This document shows positions 36,542-46,166 of a DNA stretch of 64,000 nt, one piece after another. The notes under the pieces are model-generated. The model was not told the DNA's origin. It saw only the letters and a list, made by a program, of their open reading frames with translations, and searched no databases. The position numbers and the translations under genes were made by a program. Each line of letters opens with the position of its first letter. The first letter of the stretch is position 1. This DNA is from an uncultured Acidobacteriota bacterium (lineage in GTDB: Bacteria; Acidobacteriota; UBA6911; RPQK01; JAPXNP01), in contig CAVZRV010000013.1 in the NCBI GenBank assembly GCA_963777605.1, positions 64,001 to 128,000 of the forward strand, in the 5' to 3' direction.

Positions 36542-39124
36542 CTACGGTTTGACTCGCGAGACTCGACTTCGCCGCCCCTGCTGGTCGAAGGTTGCGAGAA
36601 TCACCTCGCCGCTGACCGGGATCGGGTCTTCGTATGCCGGTGATTCCGGGGTGGGAGCCTTCCCGTCAAGCGTATAGCGGATGGTGAGGCCGGGGAATGC
36701 CACGTTGGCAGTCAAGAGTCCATCCGTGATGGAGGCTCCGGGAGGCGGAAGCCGGTAGGCCACTCCTCCGTGCCAGTAGTCGAGGCGCGGAAGCTCTCGT
36801 CGGCCAACCAGGTTGGCAAAGCGATTCCAGGCCTGCTCCCGCATCTCCAAAGCTCTTTTCAGGTTGGGGGTTTCTGCCCACTGCGGCGGCTGCGCCCAGG
36901 CCCGCTCGGAAAGTCCCATCAACTTGGGAAGGGCGAGGTACTCGGTGATCTCGTCGGTCTTTTGGTTTTCGGACCAGAGCTGTCCCTGAAGTCCGAGGAT
37001 GTTCGACCGGCCGTTGGAACTGAGCCGGGTGGCGTCCCGGTATCTCGAGGGTTCGATCGGATTGCCCATGACGTCCCTTTCAGCACCCCGGTAAATGTCG
37101 AAAGGAATCAGCTCCCAGGCGCTGCGGGTCTCTACGAAACCGGCCCAGTAGTATCCCGGCTCCTGGGGATGCTTGCCGTAAGCCAGGTCGAAGTAGAGGT
37201 TGCTTGCATTGGAGAGAACGACGCGGTATCCGGCATTCGCAAGCTCGTAGGCATTCTGCTCTCCGCCCGATCCCCAAACGCTGTTCCAAACGTAGGCGAC
37301 GAAGTTCCGGTTCACGAATTTCGGGTTGGGCTTCCTGGATGCGGAATCGTCGTGACCTGAACTGGTCAGGCCCACTTCCTCCCACCCGGCGAGGGTCAGT
37401 CCGCGGGATGAGAGAATGTCGTCGAGTCGACCGAGGAAATAGGTTGTCAGCGGCCCCGGACCAGAGCTCCCGGTTTGCTCTTCGAACGCCTGGCAGCGAG
37501 GAGAACCTTCCCAGACGCCGGCCGGCACCTCATCCCCACCGACGTGGACAGAGTGAAGCGGCACCCCGGCTTCAAGGTACATGCCGCGAACCTCGTCGAT
37601 CACCTTTTCCAGGAATGCATAGGTAGAGTCCTGGCAGACGTTGACCACGTTGTCATTCCATCCCTGCACTGACCGGTAGACCGACTGGTCCTCGGGATCG
37701 TTGAGCAGGTAGCGGTCCGCCTCTGAGTCAGAGCCCTCCGCCATGAGCCGGTCGTGGCGCACCTGCATCGACTTGATTGCCGCCCGGGCGTGGCCGGGGA
37801 CGTCGATTTCGGGAATTACCTCGATGTGTCGGCTGGCTGCGTAGCGCAGGATGTCGATGAACTCCGTCCGGGAGTAGAAACCCGAGCCGGAGGAAGCCGA
37901 TGGGTCGGGGTTCGGGCCTGAACCGAAGGACGGATAGAGGCGGTCCCTTTCGTCCAGGGTGTGTCCCCGGTGTCCTCCGACGTTGGTGAGTTCGGGCAGT
38001 CCCGGGATCTCAAGGCGCCAGCCTTCGTCGTCGGTGATGTGGAAATGGAATCGATTCAGCTTGTAGAAAGCCATCAGATCGAGAAGTCGCTTGACCTCGT
38101 CTGCTTTTCTGAAGTTCCGCGCCACGTCGAGGTGGAGTCCGCGATAGGCGAACCGCGGGCTGTCGAGCACCTCCACTTCTCCAACTTCAATGGAACCTCC
38201 CTCACGAGCCCATGCGGAAATCGGGAACCACGCGCGCAGCGTCTGGATCCCGCAAAGGACCCCTGCAGGCGACGCGCCCGATATCGACACGCCATTCTCC
38301 GCGGAAATGCTGAGACGATAGGCGTCCGGAGAAGGCTGCCCTTCCGGCTCGAGTTCCAGGCAGATCCGGTTGGGCCCGGTCTCGGGACTGCTTTCCTCCA
38401 CGATGTCCGGGCTGGCTCCCAGCAGGTCCGATATCGCCTCTGCCAGGTAGGAGGCTTCGAACGCGAGCCCGGGCTGGTAGAGAAGAAGAAAGTCGGAGGT
38501 CAAGTCCAGTTGTCCGGTGCCGGGGCGAAGGGAGACTGGAGTCGGGACGATTCCCCGAATTTCGGTTTCCGGCATGAGGGAAAGCGGGGCGTTGGCCTGG
38601 AAGAGCACGTCGGGGGTCTGAACCGGCACGACATCGTTCTTCGCCCGGGACGTCTGGTCCGGTCCCTCGAATGCGCCGATCTCCTCCGATCCGATCTCTT
38701 GCGGAGCGGCATCGCCGTCGTACACGATGTAGAAGCCGGCCGGGGCGACGGAGTCATTGATCACCGATGCCTCGCCGTCGAAGCGAACGGTGATCCACTC
38801 ACCGGGTTCGAGGGGAGAGAAGTCGTCTCCGGGACGGAGCCGGTAAAAGTCTCCGTTCACGTGTTCGATCCGGACCGGACCCTTGACCGAGTCCTTGATA
38901 ATCACTCGTGCGAAGTTGAAGTAGATTGCCCAGCCTCCGGTCGGGAGGCTTGCCTGCCCATGATTGGAGAGCACCAGTTCAGACGAAAATCCGTCGGGAG
39001 CAAAATTAGTGATCAAGCTCCAGCGGGCTCCCAGGTCATTGCCGGAGGGGTGATCCTTCGTCGAACGACAGGACATCAGGCCAACCATACAGCAACATGC
39101 CACCAGCGTGATCCCTTTCAGCAT
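36542..39124 (-). CDS. Beta-N-acetylhexosaminidase/chitobiase (GH20), probable lipoprotein
   Basis: PRFAYRGLHLDVARNF, HITDDEGWR, PEIDVPGH, catalytic HVGGDE, GQLWSE; C-terminal IRYTLDG domain. Confidence 0.93.
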   Translation of the reverse strand: MLKGITLVACCCMVGLMSCRSTKDHPSGNDLGARWSLITNFAPDGFSSELVLSNHGQASLPTGGWAIYFNFARVIIKDSVKGPVRIEHVNGDFYRLRPGDDFSPLEPGEWITVRFDGEASVINDSVAPAGFYIVYDGDAAPQEIGSEEIGAFEGPDQTSRAKNDVVPVQTPDVLFQANAPLSLMPETEIRGIVPTPVSLRPGTGQLDLTSDFLLLYQPGLAFEASYLAEAISDLLGASPDIVEESSPETGPNRICLELEPEGQPSPDAYRLSISAENGVSISGASPAGVLCGIQTLRAWFPISAWAREGGSIEVGEVEVLDSPRFAYRGLHLDVARNFRKADEVKRLLDLMAFYKLNRFHFHITDDEGWRLEIPGLPELTNVGGHRGHTLDERDRLYPSFGSGPNPDPSASSGSGFYSRTEFIDILRYAASRHIEVIPEIDVPGHARAAIKSMQVRHDRLMAEGSDSEADRYLLNDPEDQSVYRSVQGWNDNVVNVCQDSTYAFLEKVIDEVRGMYLEAGVPLHSVHVGGDEVPAGVWEGSPRCQAFEEQTGSSGPGPLTTYFLGRLDDILSSRGLTLAGWEEVGLTSSGHDDSASRKPNPKFVNRNFVAYVWNSVWGSGGEQNAYELANAGYRVVLSNASNLYFDLAYGKHPQEPGYYWAGFVETRSAWELIPFDIYRGAERDVMGNPIEPSRYRDATRLSSNGRSNILGLQGQLWSENQKTDEITEYLALPKLMGLSERAWAQPPQWAETPNLKRALEMREQAWNRFANLVGRRELPRLDYWHGGVAYRLPPPGASITDGLLTANVAFPGLTIRYTLDGKAPTPESPAYEDPIPVSGEVILATFDQQGRRSRVSRVKP

Positions 39125-39335
39125 CGGCCCTTCTTTCCTTCTCCTGAATTTCGAAGCAGCGCAGCCGTTGCCATGCTAAAGCGGGGCGGCTGAAACGGCA
39201 AGGGATCTTGCATTGTCGAACGGGGTCAGGTAGCTTGCTCGGCAATGTTCGAAGGCCGCAAATCTTACGGAGGTGGTAACCGGGGGGCTGGCGGAACGCC
39301 GGAAGCGCCTCGGTAATCGAAAAGGAGGAGCGAAC

Positions 39336-40004
39336 GTGAAGAAAGGTTTCCTGGGAGTTCTGGTGTTCGCATTTGTGGTGGGAATACAGGTGTTCACGGC
39401 GCTGACTGCCGGGGATACTATCCGGCTGTTCGACGGAAAGGACCTCTCGGGGTGGCACGCCTATCTGTCTGAACACGGGGTCCCGATGGGAGATGTCTGG
39501 AGCGTCAAGGATGGACTGCTCGTGTGCAAGGGTACGCCAATGGGTTATCTTTACACCAACCAGACTTTCACCAGTTATGAGTTAGAGGTCGAATGGAGAT
39601 GGGCACCGGGTTCGGAACCCGGCAACAGCGGGGTCCTGTTACGAATCAACGGCGAACCGAGGCCGTTGCCGCGAACGATTGAGGCTCAGCTTAAAAGTGG
39701 GGATGCCGGGGACCTTTACGGGTTTCACGGGATGAAGATCAACGGTGATGCCGCTCGCACCAGCCGCAGCAGTAACGCTCTGGCCGGCGAATTCGTCGGC
39801 GTGAAGAAGATCACGGGAGCCGAAAAGGCTCCCGGTCAGTGGAATCGCTACGAGATCCGGCTGGACGGCGGCAACCTCGAGGTGAAGGTAAACGGGAAAT
39901 TGGTTAACCAGGCCACCGATTGTGAGGTTCTGAGTGGGCCGATCGGGCTCCAGTCCGAGGGCGGAGAGATCCAGTTCAGGACCGTGGAATTGCGGCCTCT
40001 CTGA
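39336..40004 (+). CDS. DUF1080 (3-keto-disaccharide hydrolase-like) secreted protein
   Basis: AGGAGG RBS + GTG; LFDGKDLSGW, GNSG, GQWNRYEI, GPIGLQSEG. Confidence 0.9.
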   Translation: MKKGFLGVLVFAFVVGIQVFTALTAGDTIRLFDGKDLSGWHAYLSEHGVPMGDVWSVKDGLLVCKGTPMGYLYTNQTFTSYELEVEWRWAPGSEPGNSGVLLRINGEPRPLPRTIEAQLKSGDAGDLYGFHGMKINGDAARTSRSSNALAGEFVGVKKITGAEKAPGQWNRYEIRLDGGNLEVKVNGKLVNQATDCEVLSGPIGLQSEGGEIQFRTVELRPL

Positions 40005-40089
40005 AGGGTCTGTAAGTTCCGGCCATCCGTTCGGCGACAGGACTGGCCGGAGGGGGAAGCGGGTCCTGCCAGAATAGCGGGAGTGAATT

Positions 40090-40446
40090 ATGCCCCAGAT
40101 CATTGAAGGTCCGGCCGTCATTGAGTCGGCTGGAAACAAGCCCAAGCGCATCGAAGAATATTTCGGTCGGGTCAACTCCGGTACTGCTGCTGTCAGTATT
40201 GCTCGAATGAAGAGTCCCCCGGGATGGCTGGAACCGGGACAGCGGCCAGAGTTCGATGAATACACGATCGTTCTGTCGGGTTACCTGCAGGTCGATTCCG
40301 AGGAAGGCGTCTCCAGAGTTTCGGCCGGACAGGCGGTTCTGGCGAGGGCTGGTGAGTGGGTTCAGTACAGCACGCCGGAGGGCGCGGAATATGTGGCAGT
40401 CTGCATTCCGGCCTTCTCCCCTGATACGGTCCGCCGCGACGATTAA
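40090..40446 (+). CDS. Cupin domain protein (EutQ-like)
   Basis: AGNKPKRIEEYFG, EPGQRPEFDEYTIVLSG, CIPAFSP. Confidence 0.85.
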   Translation: MPQIIEGPAVIESAGNKPKRIEEYFGRVNSGTAAVSIARMKSPPGWLEPGQRPEFDEYTIVLSGYLQVDSEEGVSRVSAGQAVLARAGEWVQYSTPEGAEYVAVCIPAFSPDTVRRDD

Positions 40447-40497
40447 ATGGCCAGGATGAGGACGGAATACGGCGCAGGGGACAGGGGCCCTATGGAC

Positions 40498-41643
40498 CTA
40501 TGGGACAGGACGAGTTTGTGACGGTTTGACTCGGGCGATCAGGAGTGTCTGGTCGTCCCTCTGGGTGACCTCTCCGGTGTATTCGGACACTGCCTGAAGA
40601 ATCATCGACGCGAGGTCTTCTACGGGAAGCTGTCGCTTGGCGACGATCAGGGCCTCCATGCGCTCTTCTCCGAACTGGTTGAGGTCGGGACGCTCCGCTT
40701 CGGTCAGGCCGTCCGTGAAGACGACCAGGAGATCCCCGTTCTGGAGGTCAATGGCCTCTTGCCGGTATGCGGACTCTTCAAACGCTCCCAGCAGCGGCCC
40801 GGTAGGATTGAGCCGCTGAGCCTGGCCGTCCCGGACGAGGAAGGGCGGGCAATGTCCGGCATTGAAGTACTCGAGCCGGCAGGTGGCTGAGTCAAAGACA
40901 CCGTAGAAGAGTGACGCGAACCGATTGCCGTTGTTGCTCTCGCCCATCGACTGGTTGAGGACGTGGGCCAATCGATCGAGTCGGTCCGGGTGGAGCGGTC
41001 CGTTGCTTCGCAGCAATCCCTGCAGGTTGGCCATCAGGAGGGCCGCCGAGATCCCCTTGCCCGAGATATCCCCGACTGCCAGGGAGAGCTTGCCGGGCCA
41101 GAGTTCCAGGTAGTCAAAGTAGTCTCCCCCGATGATTTTGGCGGGCTGACACACCGCGTAGTAATCCATGCCCGGGATCGAGGGTTTGAGCTGGGGAAAG
41201 AGATGGGTTTGGACCTCGGCCGCGATCCGGAGTTGCTCGTTGATGGCGGCATTTTCCTCGCGGAGTCGTTGCAGTTCGAGGTCCTGAAGCACCGTCGTTC
41301 TGAGTGAGTAGGGCTCCCACGGCTTCAGGATGTAGCGGTGCACCTGTCCCTCGTTGATTGCCCCCATCAGGTCCTCGGCTTCGCTGTAGCCGGTGAGGAT
41401 GATGCGGAGCGCCCGCGGCGAAAGAGCCAGCGACTCCCGAAGCAGATCGACACCGCTCATTCCCGGCATCCTCTGGTCGGTGATAATGACCTGGAACGTC
41501 TGCTCTTTCAGCCGCCTGAGCGCTTCTGCGCCTGAGCCGGCCTGGCAGACTTCGAAATCGCCAAGGAAGGTTCGCTTCAGTTTTTGAAGATTGGCCGGTT
41601 CGTCATCGACGACGAGAAGCCGGGGCTTGCTTCCACTCTTCAT
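40498..41643 (-). CDS. Response regulator receiver + PP2C/SpoIIE phosphatase (RsbU-like)
   Basis: VVDDE, TDQRMP, KPW receiver motifs; GGDYFD, GDISGKG, NAGH, TDG, DDQT phosphatase motifs. Confidence 0.93.
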   Translation of the reverse strand: MKSGSKPRLLVVDDEPANLQKLKRTFLGDFEVCQAGSGAEALRRLKEQTFQVIITDQRMPGMSGVDLLRESLALSPRALRIILTGYSEAEDLMGAINEGQVHRYILKPWEPYSLRTTVLQDLELQRLREENAAINEQLRIAAEVQTHLFPQLKPSIPGMDYYAVCQPAKIIGGDYFDYLELWPGKLSLAVGDISGKGISAALLMANLQGLLRSNGPLHPDRLDRLAHVLNQSMGESNNGNRFASLFYGVFDSATCRLEYFNAGHCPPFLVRDGQAQRLNPTGPLLGAFEESAYRQEAIDLQNGDLLVVFTDGLTEAERPDLNQFGEERMEALIVAKRQLPVEDLASMILQAVSEYTGEVTQRDDQTLLIARVKPSQTRPVP

Positions 41644-41676
41644 CTGGTTCCCATCGCTCTCAAAATGAACCGAGTG

Positions 41677-42453
41677 CTAATCCAGGACTTCGATCACGGC
41701 CTGGTCACGGCCGAAGTTGCGCGTCTCGGGCTGGCTGGCGACAACTTCGAGCAGGTATGAACCCGCAGACGGAAGCGGCAGTTGACCGGTGAACACGCTG
41801 ACTTCACCGGAGAATGCCAGCGGGACTTCGGCAACCTTTTTCTCGCTGGAATCATAGATTTGGGCGACCACGTTGATCTTGTCGGCATCCCAGAGCCCAC
41901 CGGGCTCGATCGGGCACCCTCAGGTCATGGTCATCTTTGCCCGGATTGTCGTTTTCGTCCCGGCAGTTAGCTCCCGTCCTTCCTCCGGAGCGAGGATCTC
42001 GACGATGAACCCGTTCAGTTCCAGGATCAGCCCTTCTCCGAGGACATCTTTGCCGGGGACCAGGAGGATGGTCTTGGAACTCGTCTGGACGGCCTGCGGG
42101 TACTCCAGGGGGCCCTCGGCGATGACCTGCACCGGAGTGGGCCGGTGGAGCATGAGCGTGGTCTCGAAGTAGGCCGTTCCCTCCAGGTCGTAGACCGTCC
42201 CATGACGCTCCCGCGGTTGCACCATGATCTTATCGGTGTTCCCGGTTCCCCCCAACTGAAGACCTTTGGCCAGGATCTCACCCGTTTCGAGATCCTTAAT
42301 GGTGACAGAAGCGCCGCCGACGTGTGTTCCAACCACCTTGGCATCACGGGAAACGACACGGACGCGCAGCTTTGTAGGGACCTGTTCGGCGAGTGCCGGC
42401 ACAAGGAGGAGCAGGGTCGCTCCCAGAGCTACTACGAATCTTCGAAATTTCAT
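41677..42453 (-). CDS. Putative secreted selenoprotein (258 aa, Sec at codon 178, U-G-C motif)
   Basis: ORF 41920-42453 ends in TGA. The frame stays open (GCPIEPGGLWDADKINV) into ORF 41677-41871. A SECIS-like hairpin follows the TGA. Confidence 0.8.
41893..41907 (-). other. Putative bacterial SECIS element
   Basis: On the coding strand: UGA-12 nt-GAGCCC-GGU-GGGCUC, a perfect 6-bp stem with G as first loop base, 19 nt after the UGA. Confidence 0.65.
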
Positions 42454-42532
42454 GCGCCGATTATATCTGCCTCCGCGCTGTCATCCACGCTGAATTGACT
42501 TCCGGCGGCCGGGTTCGACAAACTAACGGGCC

Positions 42533-43862
42533 ATGAAGTCTCTTCTCGTCCGGGCCGAATCGGGCCACCAACTGGATCGCGTGACCCCGCTGAGCCCTTC
42601 CGACCTGTCCGGTGTGGTCCGCCGAAGTGGCCGCCAGGCCATGGTCGAGAGTTCTTCCCGTCGGTGTTTTCCGGACGCGACCTACCGGGAAGCCGGTGCC
42701 CGCATTGTTCCTGTTGGAAGCACGGGTGACGTTGCTCTGGGAATTCGAAACCTGTCCAGTGAGCCCTTCGAACCGGGGAGTGTCCAGTTGCTGTTCCTTG
42801 ACGCTCCATCAGGACGGCTCGACCGGATGAGCGTTCTCAAGGCAGCCCTTGAAGGTGGAGCCACCCTGATCGATCTGGAGGGAATCAAAGATGCGCAGGG
42901 GAAGCGCCTGGTTGGCCTGGGACCCTATTCCGGGCACGCAGGTGCCTTGAACGGGGCGTGGCTGCTGGGACGCAAGTGGGCGGGAAGGGGACTGATCACC
43001 CCATTGGCCCACTGCCGCCAGGCGAGAGATTTCGCAGATCTCTCGGCAGCCTGTACCGAGTTCCAGCATATCGGCCGGATCATTTCGGACAAGGGGTTTC
43101 CGAGGGAACTCTGTCCGGTGACGATCGGGATCCTGGGCCATGGCCCGGCGGCGAACGGGGTAGTGGAGGTGTTGGAGAACTGGCCCGTGGAGTGGGTTGA
43201 ACCCTCGGCACTCGTCACTGCTCTCCAGACGTGCGGGAGCCGATCCCAGAAAGGTCTACTTGACGGTGTTCGAAGAGAAGCACCTGGTCGAGCGGCTGGA
43301 CGGGAAAGGCTTCGAGCCGCGCGACTATATTGTCCATCCATGGCTGTATCGCAGCCGTTTCGACACCTACCTACCCTGGTTGACTGCTGTGATCAACGCC
43401 GTGTCGTGGGATTCCCGTTACCCCCGTTTCGTAACCTGGGCGGGGTTGGGAGCGCTTGCCGCCCGTCCCGGAGCGATGAAACTGGAGGCTCTGATCGACC
43501 TGCCCGGACACGTCGAGGGATCGATCGAGTGTACCGTTCGGGCAACCGACAGCGAACAGCTGGCTTACCTCTGTGACCCCGTTCGTAAGGAGGTCTGTGA
43601 GAGCATCGAAGGGGACGGGGTTCTGGTCATGGCGAACGGTGAACTGGAAGGGGAACTCCCGGTAGACACTTCCACCTTCCTCAGCGGGAGCCTGAAACCG
43701 TATCTCCCGCAGATTCTGCTGGCCGACTTCGACGAAGGGCTGGAGCGGTCAGGACTTTCCGAAGAGGTCAAGAGAAGCGTTGTCGCCTGTCGCGGCGAGT
43801 TGACTCAGCCATACCGCTACCTGGCGGAGCTGGTTGACCGGTCAGAGGCGTCGGCTCCCTGA
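42533..43862 (+). CDS. Lysine-ketoglutarate reductase/saccharopine dehydrogenase-like (AlaDH/PNT fold) protein, divergent; +1 frameshift at ~43213
   Basis: VESSSRRCFPDATYREAGA, LIDLEGIKD..GKRLV, GHGPAANG, INAVSWDSRYPR, GSIECT, ELPVDTS. Confidence 0.75.
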
Positions 43863-44474
43863 TACGTGAATCACCCGGTCGGTTGCCTCCTCAATCGAGA
43901 TGTCCGGACCGAGGACGAAGTGGGCGAACTCTCTCGTCGGTTCGACAAATTGCCGATGCATGGGCCGGACGCTGCGCAGGTACTGGTCCAAAACCGATTC
44001 GACCGTCCTGCCGCGCTCCCGGATGTCTCTCTGCAGCCGGCGAATCAGGCGAATGTCGTCCTCTACATCAAGGTAGACTCGCAGGTCGAGCAGGTCCCGG
44101 ATGACGGGATCGTGAAAGAGGAGGATACCGTCAACGAGCAGGGTTGAAACAGGGCTGAGGTGGCGCGTCGATCCAGTCCGTGTGTGTGTAGGAAAGTCGT
44201 ATCGCGGCACGTCCACAGGCTCTCCCGAGCGCAGCGTTCGCAGGTGTTCCAAGAACAGCGGCCAGTCCAGTTGGTCCGGGTGATCGTAGTTGAGGCCGGC
44301 GCGCTGTTCCGAGTTGAGTGCCCCCCGGTCCCGGTAGTAGGAGTCGAGTTCGAGGGAGCTGGCTCGTTCGGGCCCGAGCCGGTCAATCAGACGCCCCACC
44401 AGAGTGCTCTTCCCGGAACCGCTTCCCCCAGCAATCCCGATGACGACTGGACACGGTTTCGGAGAACTCTTCAT
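43842..44474 (-). CDS. udk: Uridine kinase
   Basis: IGIAGGSGSGKST, DSYYRD, NYDHPD, RRLQRDIRERGR, VRPMH. Confidence 0.93.
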   Translation of the reverse strand: MKSSPKPCPVVIGIAGGSGSGKSTLVGRLIDRLGPERASSLELDSYYRDRGALNSEQRAGLNYDHPDQLDWPLFLEHLRTLRSGEPVDVPRYDFPTHTRTGSTRHLSPVSTLLVDGILLFHDPVIRDLLDLRVYLDVEDDIRLIRRLQRDIRERGRTVESVLDQYLRSVRPMHRQFVEPTREFAHFVLGPDISIEEATDRVIHVSGSRRL

Positions 44475-44600
44475 GAGCTCAAAGATATTGCACGAAACTG
44501 TGACCAAATCCAGTACCGCGAAGGCGCTTCTTGATGCGGGGCACCTGCCTCGCCTGCGGTGAACCGGGCCAAGTGGGGCTTGAAACTTCATTTGGGATGA

Positions 44601-44628
44601 GTTCCTGGTTCCTGGTTTCTCGTTCCTG
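44601..44628. repeat. Heptamer tandem repeat (GTTCCTG x4, one degenerate)
   Basis: GTTCCTG GTTCCTG GTTTCTC GTTCCTG. Confidence 0.6.
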
Positions 44629-44641
44629 GAGGGAGAATAAT

Positions 44642-44687
44642 CCAGGCAGGCCGTGCCTGGTATGTCGGCCGGGCAGCTTGCCCGGCG
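44642..44687 (-). repeat. Third copy of the REP-like unit at 7362-7407 and 7481-7526, inverted
   Basis: CCAGGCAGGCCGTGCCTGGTATGTCGGCCGGGCAGCTTGCCCGGCG is nearly the reverse complement of those units. Confidence 0.75.
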
Positions 44688-45045
44688 GAAGTGAACCTTC
44701 TCAATCCAGGATTCTTGATTTCCGGTTTGTTCTGAAACAGTCCGCCACCGGGACTGAATCGCACTTTCAGTGCTGCATTGCCGTCCCGGCTCCTATTCCC
44801 GGGCGTTGCCGCCGGGCTGAAAATGACCCAGCGCCGTTGGCGCGCTCATCTGGCGATGCTTCACCAGTTTTACACGCTGAATGATCCGCGCAGGGCGGGG
44901 GGCGCGGGCTGATTTGAACGGTCCGTTGTGTGGGATTATTAAAAGGGTGGTATCGTCTGGAATGAGAGAGCGTTGCAGTTCTTGAATCATGAACATCGAC
45001 ACCTCTGGATCCGTCCGTTCCAGGGTTGAGGAGCAGGAGAATTCT

Positions 45046-46158
45046 ATGGACCCGCGGTACGTTAAGCTGGCCGGCACGCTGATTGAGTATTCGGTAGACC
45101 TTCAGAAAGGCGAGAAGGTTCTCATCGAGGCGATTGAGGTCCCGACCGCATTTACTCAGTCCCTGATCCGGGCCGTCTATAATCGTGGCGGCACGCCTGT
45201 GGTCTTGCTGAAGGACCTTTCGGTGCAGAGAGAATTGCTGCTCGGTGCCGAAGAAGATCAACTCCGGCTGATCGGAGCCTCGGAGAAGTTGCTGATAGAG
45301 AATGTCCAGGGATACGTGGGAGTTCGCGGAAGTGCCAACATCTCCGAGTTGGGTGACGTGCCGGCTTCGAGAATGAAGCTTTACGACTCCGAGATCTGGC
45401 GACCCGTGCATATCGAACGCCGGGTTCCGAACACGAAGTGGGTCGTCCTGCGCTGGCCGAGCCCTTCAATGGCCCAGCTTTCCCAGATGTCTACCGAGGC
45501 GTTCGCCGACTTCTTCTTCCAGGTCTGCACGATGGACTATGCCCGGATGTCACGGGCCATGGAACCGCTCGAGGAACTGATGGAGGCAACGGACCGGGTT
45601 CGCCTTGTGAGCCCCGGCACCGAACTCGAGTTCAGCATTAAGGGGATCCCGGCGATCCGCTGTGATGGTCGGCGCAACATTCCCGACGGGGAGGTCTACA
45701 CGGCCCCGGTTCGGGACAGCATCAACGGGACCATCACGTACAACACACCGACGATTTACCAGGGAGTTACCCACGAAAACGTCCGTTTCAGGTTCGAGAA
45801 TGGAAAGATCGTGGATGCTTCGAGCAGCAATCCTGAGCATCTCAACCAGGTTCTGAACACCGACGAAGGGGCCCGATACGTCGGAGAATTCGCGATCGGT
45901 TTCAACCCCTACATCACCCGGCCGATGAAAGACATCCTGTTCGACGAGAAGATTGCGGGCAGCATTCACCTGACTCCCGGCAATGCCTACAAGGAAGCCA
46001 ATAACGGCAATTCCAGCCAGGTTCACTGGGACCTGGTGTTGATGATGGATCCATCGACCGGAGGCGGCGAGGTCTACTTCGACGGGCGGCTGGTTCGCAA
46101 GAACGGACTCTTCGTACTGGATCAGCTTCAGGGACTCAACCCGGATCAGCTGAAGTAG
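45046..46158 (+). CDS. M29 family aminopeptidase (AmpS/AmpT-like)
   Basis: AGGAG RBS; NIPDGEVYTAP, GEFAIG, LFDEKIAGSIH, SQVHWD. Confidence 0.92.
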   Translation: MDPRYVKLAGTLIEYSVDLQKGEKVLIEAIEVPTAFTQSLIRAVYNRGGTPVVLLKDLSVQRELLLGAEEDQLRLIGASEKLLIENVQGYVGVRGSANISELGDVPASRMKLYDSEIWRPVHIERRVPNTKWVVLRWPSPSMAQLSQMSTEAFADFFFQVCTMDYARMSRAMEPLEELMEATDRVRLVSPGTELEFSIKGIPAIRCDGRRNIPDGEVYTAPVRDSINGTITYNTPTIYQGVTHENVRFRFENGKIVDASSSNPEHLNQVLNTDEGARYVGEFAIGFNPYITRPMKDILFDEKIAGSIHLTPGNAYKEANNGNSSQVHWDLVLMMDPSTGGGEVYFDGRLVRKNGLFVLDQLQGLNPDQLK

Positions 46159-46166
46159 GCGGTTCC

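Noticed and set aside
41677-41871. Independent 64-aa gene
   Set aside because: No RBS, and it is in frame with the upstream ORF across a single TGA; better read as the C-terminus of a read-through protein.
44475-45045. Riboswitch or small gene between udk and the aminopeptidase
   Set aside because: No recognisable aptamer consensus; the content is explained by repeats and divergent promoters.
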